A stretch of 64,000 bases of DNA from Candidatus Bathyarchaeia archaeon (lineage in GTDB: Archaea; Thermoproteota; Bathyarchaeia; Bathyarchaeales; Bathycorpusculaceae). Below, one piece after another: positions 58,395 to 64,000 of the stretch (within the stretch, counting starts at the first letter, position 1; each line of letters begins with the position of its first letter). The notes under the pieces are model-generated. The model was not told the DNA's origin, searched no databases, and was given only the letters and a program-made list of their open reading frames with translations. The position numbers were made by a program, and so were the translations under genes. Where the stretch lies: positions 73,455 through 137,454 of the forward strand of contig JBEKBM010000003.1 in the NCBI GenBank assembly GCA_050015395.1. Direction: 5' to 3'.

Positions 58395-58892
58395 ATGAGT
58401 TTCTTACGAAAACCAGTTCCAGCATGTGTGATGTTGATCGTTGTAGTCTTAGCAGGATTAACAGGAGCAATGGTAGCATCTACTGCGGTTACAATCCAAT
58501 CACGCTCCGTAACGACTATCAATGGTGAAGTCTTCACCATTACAGGGGACTTAACTGTTAGCGGTTTCAGTACTTCAATCTCCACAGCACCAGCCACCGC
58601 TGCGGGCACAAGTGGGACTCCCGTTCTTATGACATCAGGAGGTTCCATCGCTAATACTGCTATTACTTTGGGGCACTATGTGTATAACGTGACAGTGACA
58701 GTCGCCCATATCGTAGATTCCCAAAAATACAACGTTACTCTCGTGCAAGCCGGAACCAGTATAGGCAGTGTGTACATTGCACAAGGACTTAGTGCAAGCG
58801 AAGGCGATAAGGTCACAATTACATGGGATCTAGGTACATCCTTGACGATTGGAGCCTCAGTATACGAGGTATATATTGTCCCCGCTTCATAA
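58395..58892 (+). CDS. Secreted or membrane-anchored beta-rich (T/S/V) surface protein
   Basis: N-terminal hydrophobic helix followed by a Thr-rich beta domain; GGAGGT RBS. Confidence 0.72.
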   Translation: MSFLRKPVPACVMLIVVVLAGLTGAMVASTAVTIQSRSVTTINGEVFTITGDLTVSGFSTSISTAPATAAGTSGTPVLMTSGGSIANTAITLGHYVYNVTVTVAHIVDSQKYNVTLVQAGTSIGSVYIAQGLSASEGDKVTITWDLGTSLTIGASVYEVYIVPAS

Positions 58893-59581
58893 CATCTCTA
58901 ATATCTTTCTTTTTTCTTAATTAAAGTGATAGAATTTTTGCTGCAGCGTTTGTCATAGTAGCTTGGAAATGCAGGAACAATGGGAACGTTAGCTTGGCTC
59001 TTTAAATTAACTTCCAGAAGAGTGGACGAAATTACGGTAGAGAACCTAAAGGCAAATAGAGGACGGCTGGGACAAAAAGCGTTTTAAAATATCTCCTGCT
59101 CATAACGGTTGTTTTCGCTTCCGTCAGCGTCTTCCTTTTTGGTTTTAGGTTCTTCCCTGAAAATGAAATATACTTTAATCGTTACTGAAGGTACGCGTAT
59201 GGAGTCCAACCTCTCTTTGGAATCTACAATAGGTATGTTTGCGTATTCGGTAGCTTTAGAGCCATTATTAGCGGAGCTTTGTTGATAAATGAAAGCTTTG
59301 CAATAAGGAAAGCCCTCGCTTTTTCGTAGACCCATAAGAACTTAGTTAAAGTATCGTTAAATCCTTCGTTATAAAATTAAGGGTTCCTTCTTTAGCAGTG
59401 ATTTGTTTTTTCTGCCTCTTAATATTTTGGGTTTCCAAGGCATTTACTGTGGTACTAATGCTTATAGAAGCCCAAAGGTAAAAGAGCTTTTGAAAACGAG
59501 TTGCATCTATAATGCATAACACTGCTTTTATATCCCAATCTGCTCTTAATGAATATAGTAAAATTTCTGAAGAGAAGAAAA

Positions 59582-60256
59582 ATGGCTTATTTTGCTGATA
59601 GAATTGAAGCTGGAAAACGTTTAGCTTCAGCCTTGGCGAATTTTGCTGGCAAAAACGCGATTGTTCTAGCAATTCCACGGGGCGGCGTAGTTGTAGGCTA
59701 TGAAATCGCTAAAGCGCTAAACCTTCCTTTGGACGTTATTATTCCACATAAAATTGGTGCGCCTGACAATCCTGAGTTGGCTATTGGAGCTATGACTGAG
59801 GATGGAACAATAATCCTAGACGACAACCTAATCACGTACATGGGAGTACCAGGGGACTATATTAAAGAAGAGAGCGAACGGCAAAAACATGAAATCGAGC
59901 GCAGACTAAAATTTTACAGGCAAAACGAGCCTTACCCCAACTTGCGAGGTCATGATGTTATTATTGTGGATGATGGGATAGCTACAGGCTCAACCATGAA
60001 AGCAGCTTTGGCTTCGGTCAAAAACAGGGGCGCAAAAACCGTTACCGTTGCCGTTCCAGTTGGTCCACCTTCAACCATTAAAGAGTTAAAAAAACAAGCA
60101 GACCGCGTCGTATGCCTCTACACTCCCGAATATTTCCAAGCCATAGGACAATTCTACAAGGATTTTAGCCAAACCACCGACGATGAAGTAATCCAACTAC
60201 TCAAACAAAGCAAACAGAAAAGTCGTGAGAAACCAGCGGGGATAGTGACGGCATGA
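59582..60256 (+). CDS. Type I phosphoribosyltransferase-family protein
   Basis: FADRIEAG, LAIPRGGV, KIGAPDNPELAIGA, PRPP loop VIIVDDGIATGSTM. Confidence 0.92.
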   Translation: MAYFADRIEAGKRLASALANFAGKNAIVLAIPRGGVVVGYEIAKALNLPLDVIIPHKIGAPDNPELAIGAMTEDGTIILDDNLITYMGVPGDYIKEESERQKHEIERRLKFYRQNEPYPNLRGHDVIIVDDGIATGSTMKAALASVKNRGAKTVTVAVPVGPPSTIKELKKQADRVVCLYTPEYFQAIGQFYKDFSQTTDDEVIQLLKQSKQKSREKPAGIVTA

Positions 60257-60903
60257 TTCATCTAGAAACTGCTGTTAGAATTCCTGTTGGCAGTGTAGTT
60301 GTAGAAGGCAACTTGACCGTTCCTTCCAGCGCCAGAGGCGTCGTGTTATTTGCCCATGGAAGCGGCAGCAGCAGATTCAGCTCAAGAAACCGATACGTCG
60401 CAAAAGTCTTCAACGCCCAAAAAATCGCAACGTTACTATTCGACCTGCTCACTAACGAAGAGGACCAAGAAGACATAGTAACAGCAGAGTACAGGTTCAA
60501 CATCAACTTACTTGCTAAGCGCCTCATAGGCGCCACCGAATGGCTCAAAAAAGACCCCCAAACAAAAAATTACGCCTTCGGCTACTTCGGAGCAAGCACT
60601 GGCGCCGCAGCAGCTTTAACTGCGGCTGCAAAACTTCCAAACGATATTGCGGCTGTGGTTTCGCGCGGAGGACGCCCTGACCTAGCAACTGACTATCTTC
60701 CCAGAGTTGCGGCACCGACTCTCTTGTTAGTGGGCGGTTTGGATACAGAAGTAATTGAGTTAAATAGGCAGGCGATGGCGCAAATGTCGGCTACAAAAAA
60801 ACTGGTAATTATTCCGGGCGCAACTCACCTTTTTGAGGAACCAGGCAAACTTGAAGAAGTCGCTAAACTAGCAACAGACTGGTTTCTACGTTACCTAAGA
60901 TAA
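60253..60903 (+). CDS. Dienelactone-hydrolase-like alpha/beta hydrolase
   Basis: FAHGSGSSRFS.RN, GYFGASTG, VSRGGRPDL, GATHLFEEPG; usual partner of this PRTase type. Confidence 0.9.
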   Translation: MIHLETAVRIPVGSVVVEGNLTVPSSARGVVLFAHGSGSSRFSSRNRYVAKVFNAQKIATLLFDLLTNEEDQEDIVTAEYRFNINLLAKRLIGATEWLKKDPQTKNYAFGYFGASTGAAAALTAAAKLPNDIAAVVSRGGRPDLATDYLPRVAAPTLLLVGGLDTEVIELNRQAMAQMSATKKLVIIPGATHLFEEPGKLEEVAKLATDWFLRYLR

Positions 60904-60930
60904 GATAAATCCTGAAGTTAGCTATGCTTT

Positions 60931-61362
60931 TTATTCGCCCTTTGGCTGCTTGTACATTTTGAATAACGTATAGTTTTCCGCCATATCCGTCGTGTACAGG
61001 AACCTGAACGCTAAAACCTCTTCCCAAGGAACGTTCATGTAAACCTTATCCTCAGAAACATTTACCGCTCTAGTCTTAGAAGTTAAAATCACCGTTAAAA
61101 CATCTCCAACCGCCAACTCATCGCCGACTTTATCCCCATCCTCAGAAGCTTCATCTAATGCTATGGCTGTTTTCCATGAACCGCCAGCGCCAAAATCAAC
61201 AATAACATACGGGTGTCCACTTTGAACAAGAGACGAAATAGAAATTGACGGCATGCATTGCTTGCATTGACCTGCAGGTTCATTCATTTCTGTATCACTT
61301 AAGGGCACGACGAGGATTTTATGTTTAATATTGGATTCATCAGTTACAGTAAAAAACTGCAT
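60931..61362 (-). CDS. Hypothetical protein
   Basis: 143-aa ORF filling the gap, convergent with the hydrolase. Confidence 0.5.
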   Translation of the reverse strand: MQFFTVTDESNIKHKILVVPLSDTEMNEPAGQCKQCMPSISISSLVQSGHPYVIVDFGAGGSWKTAIALDEASEDGDKVGDELAVGDVLTVILTSKTRAVNVSEDKVYMNVPWEEVLAFRFLYTTDMAENYTLFKMYKQPKGE

Positions 61363-61723
61363 AAAATCACAAAATAGTTATCTTTTCAGAAGCTATAACT
61401 TTTTCTATTTCTAGCCAAAGACACTAGTTAAATAGAAAAAACGGTTTAAAGCTGACTTAAACTCTTCCTTAATTTCGTTTAGCAATTAGTTTTTGCGCTT
61501 TCAGATCTGGCGCCTAAATCTTTTTTAGCCATTTAGGCACAGTTTAGGATGCAAAAAGGCAAGATGCAGAATGATGCCTTGAGCGTTTTCGTACTCAGAG
61601 CTAAGGTGAAAGTGCATAATTGGCTCAGATATAATATTCCTTTAGACGGAACATTCCAAGATTGGTAATATCAAAGATATTGCCGAAAATTGTTGAGAAC
61701 ATGGGAAAGGAGACGACAAAGCC

Positions 61724-62122
61724 ATGAGGATGTTTCTGAGACATCTTACAGACCTGATTAAAAGACCTGTTTTCAGTTCAAAGTGGCTTTTTTGTTCCTA
61801 TGTTTTCTTGGTTGTTGGGGAATTTTTGGATGGTTTGACAACTAAGATTGGCTTGGATTTAGGGCTTACTGAAGTTGGAACGTATGCAAAGGGAGTTTTA
61901 GGTAACTATGGCTTTTGGGGTTTGATGGCTTGGAAATACAGCATCATAGCCGCAGTGGGAGCGATGTATTTCTTGTTCTATTACGGAGTGAAGAAGTATG
62001 ACCCTGCACGTCTGAAGCCTGTCAGTAATATTCTGACCATTTGCTGCTTACTTGCAGGTATGGTTTCAGTTCAGGTCGTCGTCTCCAACATCCTTCAGAT
62101 TGAGCTTGCCCTGCATCCTTGA
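61724..62122 (+). CDS. DUF5658-like small membrane protein
   Basis: LDGLTTKIGL..G..E motif; three TMs. Confidence 0.65.
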   Translation: MRMFLRHLTDLIKRPVFSSKWLFCSYVFLVVGEFLDGLTTKIGLDLGLTEVGTYAKGVLGNYGFWGLMAWKYSIIAAVGAMYFLFYYGVKKYDPARLKPVSNILTICCLLAGMVSVQVVVSNILQIELALHP

Positions 62123-62454
62123 GCCGTCTCAGCATTTTTTTTTACTCAAAAAAGCCAAATCTAAATGCTGCAGAAACCCACAGTTCCGAATCAAGGTCTT
62201 AGGATGTACGTGAGCCAATAGCAAACACTCAGTTAAAAAATAGAGAAACACATGGTGAGAGGTTGCGCTTACTCCTTTTTCAGCAAACAATCTGAGAACT
62301 TCTTAGATAGCTTACAAACCTTAAAAGTTTAGAATTAACGTGCCATTTGACGCTATTTCTCTTTGATAAGCTGGAGCTTTTTATCAAGTTGATGTGAAAC
62401 AAATTTTAAAACTGCAAACAAAAGGCAAAAAATGTGCAATTATGGAACAAAAAG

Positions 62455-62529
62455 CGGGTCCGACGGGAATTGAACCCGCGACCCCCGGATTAAAAGTCCG
62501 GTGCTCTAGCCTGACTGAGCTACGGACCC
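62455..62529 (-). tRNA. tRNA-Lys(UUU), intronless, CCA not encoded
   Basis: GGGTCCG TA GCTC AGTCAGGCTA GAGC A CCGGA CT TTT AA TCCGG GGGTC GCGGG TTCAATT CCCGT CGGACCC G; all stems pair. Confidence 0.96.
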
Positions 62530-62610
62530 CGCTTAAATTGTTGCGGACTGATAGAAAAATGAGAAGGGGTTTTTTAGCGTTTCGATTAGAATAGAGGTAA
62601 AAAAAATAGG

Positions 62611-62982
62611 TTACTGGATTGTTTGCGTTTTCAGCATTGTTGTCATGAAACTTCTGATTTTATCCTGCGAGTTAAGTATGGTTTCAATGGTTTTCGCGCC
62701 TTTTTCGGTTAGTTTGTAGACTCTTTTTCTTTCAATCCATACCCCTTCGACTAGGCCGTTTCTTTCAAGAGAGTACAGCAGTGAGTAAACTGTGCCTGAA
62801 CTGACTAGGAAGCCGAACTTGTTGTGTATGAATGATATTACGTCGTATCCGCTTATTGGTCCGTTTTGTAATTCAGCCATTATTATTGTGTCCATAAAGC
62901 TTTTGATTACTTTTTCATGCATTTTTTTTAATATTTTTGCTTCTGATTTTTCACCGTTAACTGTTATTGTTAATGCTACCAT
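62611..62982 (-). CDS. PadR-family transcriptional regulator
   Basis: GPISGYDVI, VSSGTVYSLLYSLERNGLV, KRVYKLTEKG. Confidence 0.92.
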   Translation of the reverse strand: MVALTITVNGEKSEAKILKKMHEKVIKSFMDTIIMAELQNGPISGYDVISFIHNKFGFLVSSGTVYSLLYSLERNGLVEGVWIERKRVYKLTEKGAKTIETILNSQDKIRSFMTTMLKTQTIQ

Positions 62983-63376
62983 GTTTTTTACACGCTCACT
63001 ATTGTTTATTCGTGTTTAGATATATAAGACTTATTCGGATTTAGAACAATATATTATAACAAAAACTGAAAAGTATAAACAAATTAAACTTGAGCACAGT
63101 TAATATCATCGCAAAACGGTCATTGCGCATTTTCATGTAATATGCCATAGCATGACAGCGAATACGCGTTATTTTACATGGAAATGTCATAGCCTTGAAG
63201 TAAAACTTAAAAAATTTTCAATTTTTATATACATAAACACGCACAAGCATAACACAATTTTAACGCAAAATTTCTATTTTCCTGCTTCAGAAGCTAATTT
63301 TAATAGTTAGCGATATATGTGCATGTTAAGAAACGTTATCTCTTCTTTTACGCTAAAGATGTTCGGTGCCCTAAAA

Positions 63377-64000
63377 TTGATTTCATGGAAATATACATTT
63401 AAACGATTAAATGAAGAATACGAAATAGCCAATAAAAAGAAGCAAGCGCTAGATAAGCTTGTTGAAAGTGGCAAAATTTCTCAATCGACTCGTGACTCTT
63501 TTACCAATGACATCAATGCGGCAATTGTGCAAATCGAAAAACAGCAGAAAGAACTAATTGAAAACATGCAACTAAAAACCCAAGAATTAGAAAATCAAAT
63601 TAAAACATTAGAAATACTTCTTGCTAACTATGAAATTCAACATGTAGTAGGAGAAATTGACGAGCAAATTTATCAACAAGAAATAAACCTACTCACAACC
63701 GGACTAGACACAACCAGAAACGAACTAAATGTAATAAAACAATCCGCAAACCAACTGTGCTCGCCACCATCAATACAAGCGCCCGTAGCCCCTGAACCAG
63801 TTGCTCCAATAATCGAAGCTAAGGTTTCAGAACCAGCGCCGGTAGAACCAACCCTGGTAGAGGTTCCCGTTGAAGCCGCCCCAGTTGAAACTGCTCCCGC
63901 TGAGATTCCAGTTGAAACTGCTCCCGCTGAGATTCCAGTTGAAACTGCTCCCGCTGAGATTCCAGTTGAAACTGCTCCCGCTGAGATTCCAGTTGAAACT
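63377..64000 (+). CDS. CdvA-like coiled-coil protein with P/E/V/A-rich repeat tail (runs off window)
   Basis: Not in track; MISWKYTFKRLNEEYEIANKKKQALDKLVESGKISQST...LENQIKTLEILLANYEIQHVVGEIDEQIYQQEINLLTTGL; start could be ATG 63359. Confidence 0.78.
   Translation, partial: MISWKYTFKRLNEEYEIANKKKQALDKLVESGKISQSTRDSFTNDINAAIVQIEKQQKELIENMQLKTQELENQIKTLEILLANYEIQHVVGEIDEQIYQQEINLLTTGLDTTRNELNVIKQSANQLCSPPSIQAPVAPEPVAPIIEAKVSEPAPVEPTLVEVPVEAAPVETAPAEIPVETAPAEIPVETAPAEIPVETAPAEIPVET
63881..64000 (+). repeat. Perfect 27-bp tandem repeat (PVETAPAEI), at least 4.4 copies
   Basis: ccagttgaaactgctcccgctgagatt at 63881, 63908, 63935 and 63962, partial copy at 63989. Confidence 0.97.

Noticed and set aside
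58930-59520. Short minus-strand ORFs suggesting a decayed gene
   Set aside because: Could not assign any family with confidence
62394-62594. 66-aa + strand ORF
   Set aside because: Antisense to tRNA-Lys
63881-64000. 27-bp repeats containing GTTGAAA as a possible CRISPR array
   Set aside because: Head-to-tail with no spacers, in frame within a CDS; no cas genes in the window

Overview
Archaeal chromosome segment, most likely TACK/Bathyarchaeia (inferred from the r-protein set with S4e/L32e/L19e, Rnp1, pantoate kinase and a CdvA-like gene). From left to right it holds: partial hypE; the S10/spc ribosomal-protein cluster (rpl22 to rpl30), several proteins of which carry long low-complexity tails; a break occupied by small cassettes bounded by three copies of a tRNA-Leu(UAA) 3' end; hsp20-rpl15-secY; a decayed head-tail provirus (divergent RHH pair, terminase, Clp-fold protease, portal/acetyltransferase chimera); EMC3/DUF106-cmk; a GT2/radical-SAM cluster; frameshifted tatC; mgtA; vapBC; metabolic genes; and a CoA operon. 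The most unusual part is a cluster at about 50.8-58.9 kb. It pairs an 886-aa tubulin/FtsZ-family GTPase interrupted by a roughly 430-aa helical insert with a convergent, apparently catalytically dead CetZ/tubulin-like paralogue, and surrounds them with membrane and surface proteins. Three enzyme or transporter domains are fused to DNA-binding-type domains (ThrC-like lacking the PLP lysine plus PadR, RHH plus CblS-like, MgtA plus wHTH). The window ends with tRNA-Lys, PadR and a CdvA-like gene with a 27-bp tandem repeat. Several +1 homopolymer frameshifts may be assembly errors. All family calls come from motif recognition by eye; no searches were run.
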